A DNA stretch of 62,741 bases, filler included. It is 14 parts of 14 records of this genome, joined end to end, with 100 filler letters (N's around TTAATTAATTAA, not from the genome) between each part and the next. Parts side by side here need not be neighbours in the genome. Positions count along the whole stretch, not along the records: positions 1 to 5,618 come from SRR15195285_14784; positions 5,719 to 10,132 come from SRR15195285_14792; positions 10,233 to 14,774 come from SRR15195285_14808; 11 more parts are not named here. One strand, written 5' to 3'. The notes below the pieces were generated by a model. The model saw only the letters and a program-made list of their open reading frames with translations. It searched no databases and was not told where the DNA came from. Made by a program: the position numbers and the translations under genes. How positions within the stretch are numbered: position 1 is the stretch's first letter; each line of letters starts with the position of its first letter. Positions 1-10,495 of the stretch are shown piece after piece.

Positions 1-867
1 CTGGGTGGCCTCTGCCTGAGCTGCGAACTGTGATATCTCAGCACACTCCGCGGAGTCGTACTGCAACGCCCGGTGCTGCGCGCTCGCGGCGCTGCTGCTC
101 CCAAGGACCGCAAGCACCGCCAGCCCCGGACCCACTCCGCGTCGCATACCTGGCCGACAGAACACGCCCAGCTCCACCCGATGCCCCTTTGCGATAACTG
201 TCCTCAGCCAGCTCCGGGCGTGGCACGGCGCGCGTTCAGCGAGCGCTGAGGTACGTACCTGTATACGCCTCCATCGCGGTCACGCCCACCTTCGCGCGGC
301 GCGCGGCCGGCGGCCATTCATGATTCAACTTGTGAAGGAACACGACCGCGCGCGGCGGGTGTGCGTATTGGTAATAGTATGCACGCACGCACGCGTCTGC
401 ACGAGCACCCGCGGCGTGTGGTTGTCATTTGCTTGTCGGCATGCTTGTCGCATCTGGCTTGTCGGTGCCCTGGCCAGGGTAATATAACGCAACCGTGTAC
501 CGGTGTGGAGCGTTTTCGTGCCTGTTTAATTGCGCACCGCCCGGCCGGGCTCGCGTGCTGGTACGTACCGGCTACCGCGCGCACCGGCCGGCCGGGCTGC
601 TCGTGGCCCGGCGGCGGCGGGTCGCCGTCGCGATGGTGTGCACTGTGTACACACGATGGCGCTGGCCGGCTACCGGTACCTGCTAGTAGAGAGACCTACT
701 TCTAGCCTTTTCAGCCGTGTGGCATAGTGTTGACTGGGACGAGTGGTCGGGCTGTGTAGCCTGCCTTGTGGCGCACAGTTGGCTGGGAAGGGTGGCCCAC
801 CGGTTGCTCCCCTGTGTACACCTGACTGAGGCGGTGGTCAGCGAAGGAAGCACTGCCGTCCGTCGCG

Positions 868-3800
868 ATGCCGCTGGTGTACTGCGACAACTCGATCGTC
901 GACTACGACCAACCGGCAGGGATCGTTGTGCCGGTGCAGCCGGAGACGGTTGTGTCGCAGGCGAGGCGCCAGGTTATCGGGGGGCTGAGGCCTGTGGCGC
1001 AGCGGGAGCAGCCGTCGCGGTACAGGAATGTCAATGGGGAGCTGCTGGCGGTGCACGGGCCTGTCGCGCTCGGTTCGCGCCCGCGATCGGGGACAGCGGG
1101 TTCACCGCCGCCGCCAAAAGAAGACCGCAATGGTGATGATGGACCGCGCAAGTCCGACGGGGAGCTGCCGGTGCTTCCCACGCCGCCGTCCACAGCGTCC
1201 ACAGAGTTCCGACAGACGCTCAACCTGAGCGGCTACCCGCAGCTGACTGCTCGCAGACCGGGTGCGCTGGGAACGACACCTCGTGCCATGGTGCTCGCCG
1301 GGTCGAATTCTGCCCGTGAGATGAGGACGCGTCCCAGGAAGCCAAAACTGATCCAGTTGAATAAAGCACGGAGCGCCCGTGGCCCGAACCCCGCAGCGGT
1401 GTCCGATCGAGAAGAGGACGGCCGTGGCCAGCGGCGAATACAGGGCGCACGAGTCGCTGCCAGGGAGGACTCAGCAGACATGTTCGTGCGTTCTGAGTAC
1501 ACAGGGGTCCAGCGTAATCTGATGGAGTGGGCTGTCGAGCCGCAAGGCTTCTCGAGAGAGATGCAGGCGTTGCAGCAGATGCAGACAGACTTCGATTTAG
1601 AACGGATGCGAACGGCTGAGCTGATGGCCCACATCACCACAAGACACAACTCCATGAAAGAATTCGAGCTGATGCGCGGCGGCAACGGATTCTGGGATCA
1701 GGAGGGACGATGGAAACCAATGCCGTTCATTGAATGCATTCGAAGGTATGCGTGGAAAGACGCCGCGCAGCTCCTCAAATGGTCACAAGTTGGTGCAAAG
1801 AGGAGACTGGAGTTCGAACAGTTCAAACAGACGGCCGAATACCTCCATAAAAGTGCGAGGGAGAAGAAGAAGCAGGAGCAGCAGAGCTACGAGCGTCCTG
1901 ACTATGCTGTCGACACGGACCAAAACATGAACACTGCACTGCATCATTGCCTCGCACCGTTCCAAGCTGGTCTATCGTTTAAGCGAGACAGCAAACAAAG
2001 GAACAGCTGGCACCCGAAAGGCAGCCAAGGTGCAGTGGGCACAAGGAACCGCCCGCCACCCGAATTTCTCACAGCACTGATCCAAGCCAATCCTGCGGCA
2101 ATCGGTGCCCGCAATCGAAATGGTCTGACCCCGTTGCACTTCGCTCTGGGCTGTACGACAACGGAAATCAACGCTTCTGTAGAGACGATCCTCGAGATGT
2201 GCAACGCATGTCCAGAGGCCGTGCGAGTGAAAAACAATACAGCGGAACTGCCGTTGCATGTAGCCACTGCAAAGAATGCCCCGGAGCCAGTGCTCCGAAA
2301 ACTGATTCAGATGTACCCGGATGCGTGCCTTCAAGCGAATTGCTGGGGCTCTTTGCCGATACATGTAGGTCTGGTAAACGGAATGCCCGAGTCTCAGATT
2401 CGCATTCTCATCGAAGCGTGCCCATCGACGGTCGGGGAGGTGGACGAGGATGGGAAAACTCCGTGTGCGATAGCCTTGACGATTGGTGCACCTGACTCTA
2501 CAGTTATGTTCCTTGTGCAGATGTACCCAGACTGTCTCAGTGTCCGAGATGCCAGCGGGCTCTGCCCGCTGTCGCTTGCTCTGGTCAACCAAGCTCCTGA
2601 GGCGATCATTCTCAAGCTAATTGACTACTATCCGAGAGCAGTCCTGATGCAGGCAAGCCACACATTGGAGGTGCCCCTGCATATTGCCATTCGCCATGCT
2701 AAGCGACACAGCAGGCGGCTGGATCGTGCTGGCTCCTCGCGTGGCTCCTCGCGCGGTGGCAGCAGCCGAGAGAGGCGTCGCCGTCACGATGAAGGCCACG
2801 TGCCGTCAGGCATGCGTCGGACCGGGCAATGCTGGCCGATCCAGTACAGCGGAACTGGTGATGGTTTCCACGTGCCACCCTCTCGAGGAGGGCTACTCCC
2901 AATCCAGCAGGTGGGTGGTGGTCCGAACAAAGGTCAGCACTCGCGCAACAGTTTGGTGACACCCTCGATGAACTTCACGCCTATGTCTCTGCACACTGAA
3001 GAGGCAGGTTTCAGTGCTAGTACTGGTACGAGTGCAACTGCAAGTGGAAGAACACCGGAGATAACAGTCTCAGCAGGTGTCGGTTTTGCTCCAGGCAGTC
3101 TTGAGCTGCCATCTGCGTTCGGCAGGTTGTCAGTTGCCACACATTTGATGGGGTTCCGACCCCCTCGTTCGCACATAAAAGAAGTGGCTGCGAAGTTGAC
3201 TGACAACTCAAAGACCGTTTTAGCCAGACCATTTTCATCTGGCGTCGAAGGGTACCTCGAGCGAATCGTTGTGGCACTGCTTGCTGCGGACGAAGTTGCA
3301 CAGAAAATTAGCTCACCTGAGTCACGCAAGGAAAGTTGGATTGCAAAGGTACGCACGATCGAGGCGGTAGACCTGCACGACCGAACGCCGCTGCATACCG
3401 CTTGTGTCCGCCAGGTTCCGAATTCGGTGATCAAGATACTTGTCGATGCAAATCCTAAAGCGGTAGAAGAAAAAGATCAGGACGGTTGGGTGCCACTACA
3501 CCGGTACGTGAACGGACTAGCCTACGCTGCCGCTGAGGACAGTCTACTCTCGGTTCTGACGCTGCTGGAAGCATGCCCTGAGCTTGGAGCCGCTCGGCAC
3601 GCAACGGTTTCCATCGACCATGTGACGAAGCAGGCTGCGCAGCAGGACAAGCTCAAGCACACACAAATTAGGGATGAAATGATGGCGGCTGGCTTGTTTG
3701 GTGCTCATCAACCAGCACCACCGAAGACCCAGAAAAAAGGTGTTGTTGTGTCAGCAGGCCGTCGCGAAGCAATGAGAGAAGCTAGCAACAAACGCCGTGC

Positions 3801-5283
3801 CAAAGCAGGTCGTGGTCCATCTCCAAAAAACCCACCTGCAAAGTCTCTGAGCGCGGCGGTGCAGACAAATGACCAGCAGAAGCAGCAGGCGGGTGGTTTC
3901 AAGGGTAGTGTAAAGCTGAATGATGCTGCTGATGACGTGGCAGACGCCCGAAAGAGCCGCAAAGAGGAAGAGGCAAGACTTGGACGAGCATTGACGAAGG
4001 TCGAAAGCCTCAATCGGTTGGATTACATGAAGAAGGAGCAGATGGAACAGCGGATTGCTCATGAAGCCAAGATCGTGCAGATGAAAGCGAACAAGCACAA
4101 GGGTGAACAGCCGGAACTTTTCCCATACGAGCTTGCAGAGCAGCATCGATTGAAGTGTGTTGGCTCCGTTAGTCTGAAAGCAGCGCAGATGTCTGAGCAC
4201 GTAAGAACCACATCATTTGATGATTGTGTGGTCGACATTGTGAATTGTTTTCTTTCTGCTGTATGCGCTCAGCTAACACGATGACTCCCTTCGTTCTGTG
4301 TCGATCAGGTGGTGCAACTACTGAAGGCGCTTGTAGTGCCGTCACAGAATATCCTTGCCACAGATGCACGTGTCGAAGACGAGGGCCAGGACAACCCTGT
4401 CCTAATCATTGACAGGTCAGCAGCCCCGTCCAACTCACTCTCTCTTGCAGACTGCAAATATATTCACTTGGACTCTCGGGAGGTGATACAGGAATGTTGA
4501 GGAGGCGGAGAAAGAGCTACGAGAAGCATTGTCAATGCTTCGTCTGAACGTCGACGCCGGGGTCCTTTCGATTATGCCACCGAAGATTACGGCCCGGCTG
4601 GAGAAGGAACACGCTTACTGCTGCAATCTGGTCAAAAATCTTGCCATCTGTCAGGACTTTGCAGCAACGCATCAATGGGAGCGGCTCGCAATCCATTGCG
4701 ACGATCTACTCAACAGCCCCGAGTGCCGTACGTGCACGGCGCAGTCTTTTTCCGCTGCAGGAAGAAATGCTGTTTTTCTCTGAGCGTCCGCTTCGTGCAG
4801 ACCGTATTCGTTTAGTGGGTCTTGCGATGTGTGTCATTTGTGTGGGCAGGCAACTCCCGGGTGCTCAAGGTCATCATGGATGAGGCGAACAACCAGATTG
4901 AGTTGGCGTGCCTACGCATGTTTGAGAAGTCAAACAAAGCTTTTGGTGAGATCGACACGAAGATGGAAGAGACAAAAGCACAGATGGAGAAGGCCAAGGC
5001 TCGGCACGACATTGTCATGCGCGAAGGGTTCGGCACCGGGGTAAATCCGTACGGACATGCGGTAGTCTATGTGAGGTAGAGCGTGGCCTCGTACATAATA
5101 GTTGGTAAATTTATTGACGAGACTAGGGTAGCCATCTTGGGGCGCTCGCTTCTGCCACCCCAGCTCACCAGTTCCGTCACCGACCCGCGCATTCCCGACT
5201 ATATGGGCAATGACAACCGAGCGCTCCCGTCCATGCGTGGGTCCTGGGCAGTGGGAGTGGGTAGGAAGAAGGCGATGCCTTGA
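868..5283 (+). CDS. Ankyrin-like repeat protein with C-terminal coiled coil (5-exon model, ~1352 aa)
   Basis: Repeated (T/L)PLH.A motifs (NTALHH, LTPLHFA, ELPLHVA, SLPIHVG, EVPLHIA, RTPLHTA, WVPLH). Predicted GT-AG introns 4201-4308 (branch GCTAAC), 4416-4491, 4728-4849 and 5076-5126 join the ORF fragments in frame (total 4059 nt). The last intron and exon are the least certain. Confidence 0.75.
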
Positions 5284-5618
5284 GTACAGGCCCCGCCTTG
5301 CGATTGGCACCTAGAGTGGGGGAAGGCGGCGGCGGCGTACCTATCCCGGCGTTTGTGCCGGCATTTGTGCCGGCGTTTGAGGTTTGTGCCGGGATTGGCG
5401 AATTTGGGAATGCTGTATAAGTATGAATTGTACAGTAAAGTACCATTTCCCAGCGCAGACTGCGCACAAATTTATAATGAAAATACCCCGGCGCTTGAAT
5501 GAATGGTCCCTACCGACCGAATGCGGAATGGCGTTGGAGGGTCAATCCGCCTTAATAGTGTACACACTGGCTCAGGATTCAATCCCAAAACCACCCTAAT
5601 ATCAATACTGGTATGCGA

Positions 5619-5718
5619 NNNNNNNNNNNNNNNNNNNNNNNNNNNNNNNNNNNNNNNNNNNNTTAATTAATTAANNNNNNNNNNNNNNNNNNNNNNNNNN
5701 NNNNNNNNNNNNNNNNNN
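5619..5718. other. Artificial contig spacer N44-TTAATTAATTAA-N44
   Basis: Identical 100-nt spacer repeated 13 times; the core has stop codons in all six frames. Confidence 0.99.
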
Positions 5719-6480
5719 TGTTAGGGTAGGATCACACTATCCGGCTAGCGCCTCGAATAGGTGTGGGAGAGAGAAAGAGACGTTGTAGGCGAAGGCGAAC
5801 AAGACGGAAGAAAGGAGACTTATGCAGACCAAGAATGAGTTATTCGACACGGTGCCCAACTACGTTACCAAGAACAACGACCATTCCATCAAAATCTGCG
5901 CACGACGATATTTATCGGATCGCATTTCGTGGCGCGAAACCGGACACTTCGCATTTCAGATTGCCCAATCTCGACCCCAAAGGTCCAGGGACGACGGAGC
6001 CGCACGATTTTGACTGGTCCCTGGGCCCAACCGTCACAAAGCGTGCACCCAAAAACACCCTGCTGTACTGTGTACCGCGGTACACGAGGCCGCCGGATCC
6101 CTGCTTCGGGGTCCAAACCCGCGCGGGGTCGAGTAGTATAATTTACGCTCAGACCAACATTCGCGTGACGGAACCGCGGATTCATAGTTCGCCTTGTGCC
6201 GCGCGCTGGAGGGCAACAGTAGATGCTACTATTCATAGATCTCTGAGTATGAATACAGTGCATTTATCAGCTGATCCTGCAGCGATGCAGGATAGTAGGG
6301 CATGTTGTAGAATGCATAATTGCCGCATTGGTGCGCACCGCATGCGCGCTCCGGTGCACTGGCTGATGCTGGTCGAGAACGAACGCTTTTTCCGGTTAAT
6401 TTGACGGCTGTGAGGACGGGTCGGGGCAGCTACCCTGAGTTCGAATAGGGCAGCCAGAGCCGTTCGGGACGGGTCAACCG

Positions 6481-7662
6481 ATGATGGAAGACCAGCAATC
6501 CGTCAGCAGCGCTCCCAGGGTCAGTAGGCAGGCGCGACGGGCGCGCTTGTACTGGGACGCTTCATACAAGCACGCTGTCGACGATTTTGACGGGGGGTGT
6601 GGTGGTACAGGCTCCTCCTCCTCCCACACGGAGTGGATCGTCTCGCCGACTGAGGTGTTGCGCTACTTGCCGACGCTGCACAGACACCTGAGGACACGGG
6701 TGCTGGAGATCGGCTGCGGCGACTCGCTGCTCGGCGAGGCGATCTACGACCACCTGACCAAATTGGCCAATGATCGGCGAGAGCTGGGTGGTGCGGAGGG
6801 GACGGTCGCCGAGGAACCCGAGCGGCATGTCTCCGTCGTGTGTACAGACATTTCGCCGGTCGCCATTGAACGTCTCCGAGCCCGGCAGGAGCGAGAGGAC
6901 TCGGAGCAGCGCCGGCGGCCGGGCCTGGAGTACCTCGTGGCCGATGCGAATGACCTGCCAGCGGCCTTCGGGTTCACGAGCGACGGCGATGGTCGCCTGT
7001 TGTTCGACGTTGTGGTGGACAAGGGCTGCGCCGACACCTTCCAGTTCCGGGCCAAAACGAACGAGTCTGATGCGCTGCTGCGGCGCCTCTTCCGCTCTGT
7101 ACATGCAGTGCTGCGGCCTGGCGGCGTCTACCTCGTCGTCACACCCAGAAAAAAGGTCAAGCACCTGCGGAGCTGGGGCAGGGACAGCGACGCACGGATG
7201 GCAGCGAAAGGAGACGTATTGGCCACCAAGTGCCGTACAGCGATGGGCTGGGCGTTGCAGCGGCGACATGACCTCGGCATCCTGGATTCCGGTGAGCTTA
7301 AGACGAAGACGACTACAAAAAAGGAGACTACGATGGCGCACGACATGGGCGACGACTACGGCGACTACGACGATTGCGACGACTGCGACGACGATGATGA
7401 CCACGGCCAGGAGACCACGATTGGTGGGAGTTTGGGGCACAGAGTGTACCTGCACGAGTGCTTGAAGCGAACGGCCGAGCAAGAGGCAGCAGCAGCAGAG
7501 AAGGGCAAGGGTGGCGCGAAAATCGACGATGGCTGCCGTAAACGCAACGATGGGCTGGCACCATGTTGTGGGCGGTGCGGGCTGGAGCGCGCGAAGAGCA
7601 AGTACAAAAACGCGAAGTCTTGGAGTGGGCATCTCCACTGGTGCCAACTGGCCAGTGGCTGA
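6481..7662 (+). CDS. Class I SAM-dependent methyltransferase, EEF1AKMT4/METTL13-like
   Basis: YWDxxY N-terminal motif, VLEIGCGDS (motif I), DISPVAI, FDVVVDKGCADT (the DKG motif typical of this family), VLRPGGVY; intronless 393-aa ORF. Confidence 0.85.
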   Translation: MMEDQQSVSSAPRVSRQARRARLYWDASYKHAVDDFDGGCGGTGSSSSHTEWIVSPTEVLRYLPTLHRHLRTRVLEIGCGDSLLGEAIYDHLTKLANDRRELGGAEGTVAEEPERHVSVVCTDISPVAIERLRARQEREDSEQRRRPGLEYLVADANDLPAAFGFTSDGDGRLLFDVVVDKGCADTFQFRAKTNESDALLRRLFRSVHAVLRPGGVYLVVTPRKKVKHLRSWGRDSDARMAAKGDVLATKCRTAMGWALQRRHDLGILDSGELKTKTTTKKETTMAHDMGDDYGDYDDCDDCDDDDDHGQETTIGGSLGHRVYLHECLKRTAEQEAAAAEKGKGGAKIDDGCRKRNDGLAPCCGRCGLERAKSKYKNAKSWSGHLHWCQLASG

Positions 7663-7765
7663 GAAAACGTATCCAAACTTCATTGCAATAAAATATGAGA
7701 CTGGACACTGCTGCCACCAGAAACCTCGGTACTGCGCCAGGCATACAGTAGCGCACCACAGTAGC

Positions 7766-9355
7766 TCAAGCTCCTGTTGCGCTTTGTCTCGCCCCCTTTG
7801 GAACTAAATCATACGGATCCTTGGCAGCCATCCCGTCCCGGCCGTACAGCCCAAGGCCTAACCACCCGTCACGGCAGAGACAATTCGCTTCCAACAAATG
7901 CAACGGCGCGTGACAGGTGTCCCCGTGCTCGCAAACCGAGTCCGATCTGCTCGTGCCGTCGACTTCCAAGACGATTTCGTCGACTGTGTTCGGCTCCCCG
8001 CTCGGGTCACTGCGTTTGCATCCACATGACAAGCTACAGCCGATGAACAATCCGTGGTCTTCCTTCTGTACCTGGTACGTCAGACCGCTGCCGATCTCGC
8101 TCGATTCAATCTGACCTTCTGCAAAACGCCTCTGCGCCGGAACATCATCATGTTGCAGCCTGTACCAGCGAACTTTGGGTGCCGAGCACCAGACGCTGGG
8201 TACGATTGCCCGAATACTCATGACACCAGTTTTGCCCGCGTGTGCGGAAATGCGTATCCCTGTATCCAGTTTCCGTTTCCGTTTCCTCTCGGGCTGCAGC
8301 GCCGGTGTGCCGGTTTTTGCTTGCAACCGTAGTCTGCGTGCGTTACGAACTGCCTCGATATAGCTGCTTCCATCGCCGGTACTTGCTAGTTCTTGCCTGT
8401 CCTCTACCTTCTTTTCGACATAGCCCTGCCACCAGTGAGAATCCGATCTGTTCTCTACGATGACCACATCCCCGACGGCAATCGTGATGTGAAACCCCTC
8501 GGCCGCGAGGTGCTCCAAGACGACTTCAGCTCGATCGTTGCCATCATTAAAGCCTAGAACCTCTGCATCATAGTCCTTCTTGGCGGCCATGAGGCGGACG
8601 CACCGCGCTGGGAACATGCCGCTCGCATTTCCTGTCGATCGAATTCGAGCGATGAGAGTGAGTGCAGACGGCGTCGACGGCTGCATTGGAGACGGCCACT
8701 TTCGGGTCATGCGTTCTGCCTCGAGTTGCTTGGCCAACCTCGCATTCTCTGGGCTGCTTGCGCCACCGTCCAGTGCACCGGCCTGCGACGAAAGACACCG
8801 AGCACGCGCGTGGTTTTTTAAGCGGGCACAGGGGGCGCGATGTGTGGACGGGACGCAGGCAAATCTTACGTGGTGTGCAAAATGGCCTATGCCGCGATGG
8901 TTGCAGACTGCCCATGCGCAGAGGAAAAAGAGCAGGATTGTCCCGGCAACACATAGGAGGGCGAACTCAGCAACACATATGGGCTCGAAGTCTCCGATCC
9001 AATCAAACTCCACCCACCCGCCCTTTCCGCTGTCACAGTTCTTTGGATCGAGCGAGGAAGCCTTGAACGTGCATGCGCTTACTCCAGGCTGAGAGCGGTC
9101 TGCCTTCACCACAGCCAGGCAGGCGTCCTCGTCTTCGAGTGCGGCCACCCTGCGGCACGCGGCTCTGTCCCTTGGGTCCGATTCTGGAGTGTCCGCCGCC
9201 GTCTCTACGCAGGTGTTCTGATCACCCTCGAGCCTCAGACCCATCTCGCCAGCCGTTGGGTCCGACAGGTGTTGCTCGTCCCCTCCGCCGCCGCCGGCGG
9301 CGGCATCCTCCCCCCCCGCAGCACTTACCACCAGAACCAGCGCAACCCACCGCAT
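7766..9355 (-). CDS. Single-pass membrane protein with cytoplasmic SH3 and Ig-like (AIR9 A9-like) domain
   Basis: Signal peptide MRWVALVLVVSAAGG, Cys-containing ectodomain, TM FALLCVAGTILLFFLCAWAVC, SH3 ITIAVGDVVIVENRSDSHWWQG, then VRWYR..GLTYQVQKEDHGLFIGC. In-frame intron 8783-8869 (GTAAGA..GCAG); further hidden introns are possible and the start is uncertain. Confidence 0.65.
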   Translation of the reverse strand: MRWVALVLVVSAAGGEDAAAGGGGGDEQHLSDPTAGEMGLRLEGDQNTCVETAADTPESDPRDRAACRRVAALEDEDACLAVVKADRSQPGVSACTFKASSLDPKNCDSGKGGWVEFDWIGDFEPICVAEFALLCVAGTILLFFLCAWAVCNHRGIGHFAHHVRFACVPSTHRAPCARLKNHARARCLSSQAGALDGGASSPENARLAKQLEAERMTRKWPSPMQPSTPSALTLIARIRSTGNASGMFPARCVRLMAAKKDYDAEVLGFNDGNDRAEVVLEHLAAEGFHITIAVGDVVIVENRSDSHWWQGYVEKKVEDRQELASTGDGSSYIEAVRNARRLRLQAKTGTPALQPERKRKRKLDTGIRISAHAGKTGVMSIRAIVPSVWCSAPKVRWYRLQHDDVPAQRRFAEGQIESSEIGSGLTYQVQKEDHGLFIGCSLSCGCKRSDPSGEPNTVDEIVLEVDGTSRSDSVCEHGDTCHAPLHLLEANCLCRDGWLGLGLYGRDGMAAKDPYDLVPKGARQSATGA

Positions 9356-10132
9356 CCCGCCGCCGACACGGCTCCCCATCCCGCCGCCGCCCATCGACAG
9401 ACTCCCTTCCCTTTGTCAAACCACCTCCCCTCCCGGAACAAGCGCCGCCCTCCTCAGCCAGCGACCAACCTCACGAGCAGCTCGACCGACCACAGGCAGC
9501 TGCAGTTTGCAGCGACAGCACCCCCAGCCAGCCCCAGCGGTGCGCCGCCATCGCCATCATCATCGCCATATCATCTGCCACGCTATGCTCAGTGCCTCAG
9601 AATGCACTCCAAACGATTAAGTATTATAGTTTATACAGTAATTTCAGTAGTGAGCTTCGGAAAAATGCAGCGACTCGAGGGGTCAACGCGAGTCAACTGT
9701 GTTTCTCAGTGTACACTGAGTTCTGCATGTTCCAAGCGCATCCAACCCAGCCTGTGATCATCCGGTACCCGGGTGCGTCGAAATGATCAAATGCATTTTC
9801 GGCGGGTGACGCACCTGGGGGTGCGGCGTTCGGCGTGGGTGTGTCACTACTAGTAGAGAGGTGTACACTGTACACGAAGTACAGTACGTACCGTGCTGGG
9901 CGAGCTCGTGAGCACGTCAGGGAGCCCGACTCGAACGTTTCCGGAACTACGATTCACAGGAAATCCTAGCATCATGCAAAACTGATGGACAGTTAGGATC
10001 CTCTACATCGTAGCTAGCTAGTCCTACGCGTGCACCATCGGAACGCGAAGGCTCTTCGAATTCGCCTCGGTGCTGCGCACACAGAGAAGCACCAATTGAT
10101 GCACATGTGAAGCAATCAATATAGGTCCCTAG

Positions 10133-10232
10133 NNNNNNNNNNNNNNNNNNNNNNNNNNNNNNNNNNNNNNNNNNNNTTAATTAATTAANNNNNNNNNNNN
10201 NNNNNNNNNNNNNNNNNNNNNNNNNNNNNNNN
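10133..10232. other. Artificial contig spacer
   Basis: N44-TTAATTAATTAA-N44. Confidence 0.99.
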
Positions 10233-10495
10233 ATGTTCGCGCGCGCGCGCCCGCGCGCGCGCCCGCGCGGGTTAGCCAACCTGGGCACATAGGCGGTAAT
10301 GAAACGCAAAACCGGCGACGAAGCCATGACGATACGGCCACAACGAGCACACGTGGGTACTACACTACGAGTCACCATCTCACCAAGGTACACAACATTG
10401 TGTAAAATTATTATAGGTGGAGTAATTGCGATACGTTGCTCTTGAAATTATGCGTTGCGCCCACCATACCGTTGGTTGTGACATTCCATACACGT

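Noticed and set aside
5345-5390. Short 12-nt tandem repeat (CCGGCRTTTGTG), plus intronic repeats at ~55963-55996 and ~61273-61296
   Set aside because: Only two to four copies of simple sequence in UTR or introns; no spacer structure or functional evidence.
5719-6404. ORFs at the start of contig 2, and TTAGGG at 5721
   Set aside because: No recognisable motifs or consistent coding signal; a single TTAGGG is not a telomeric array.
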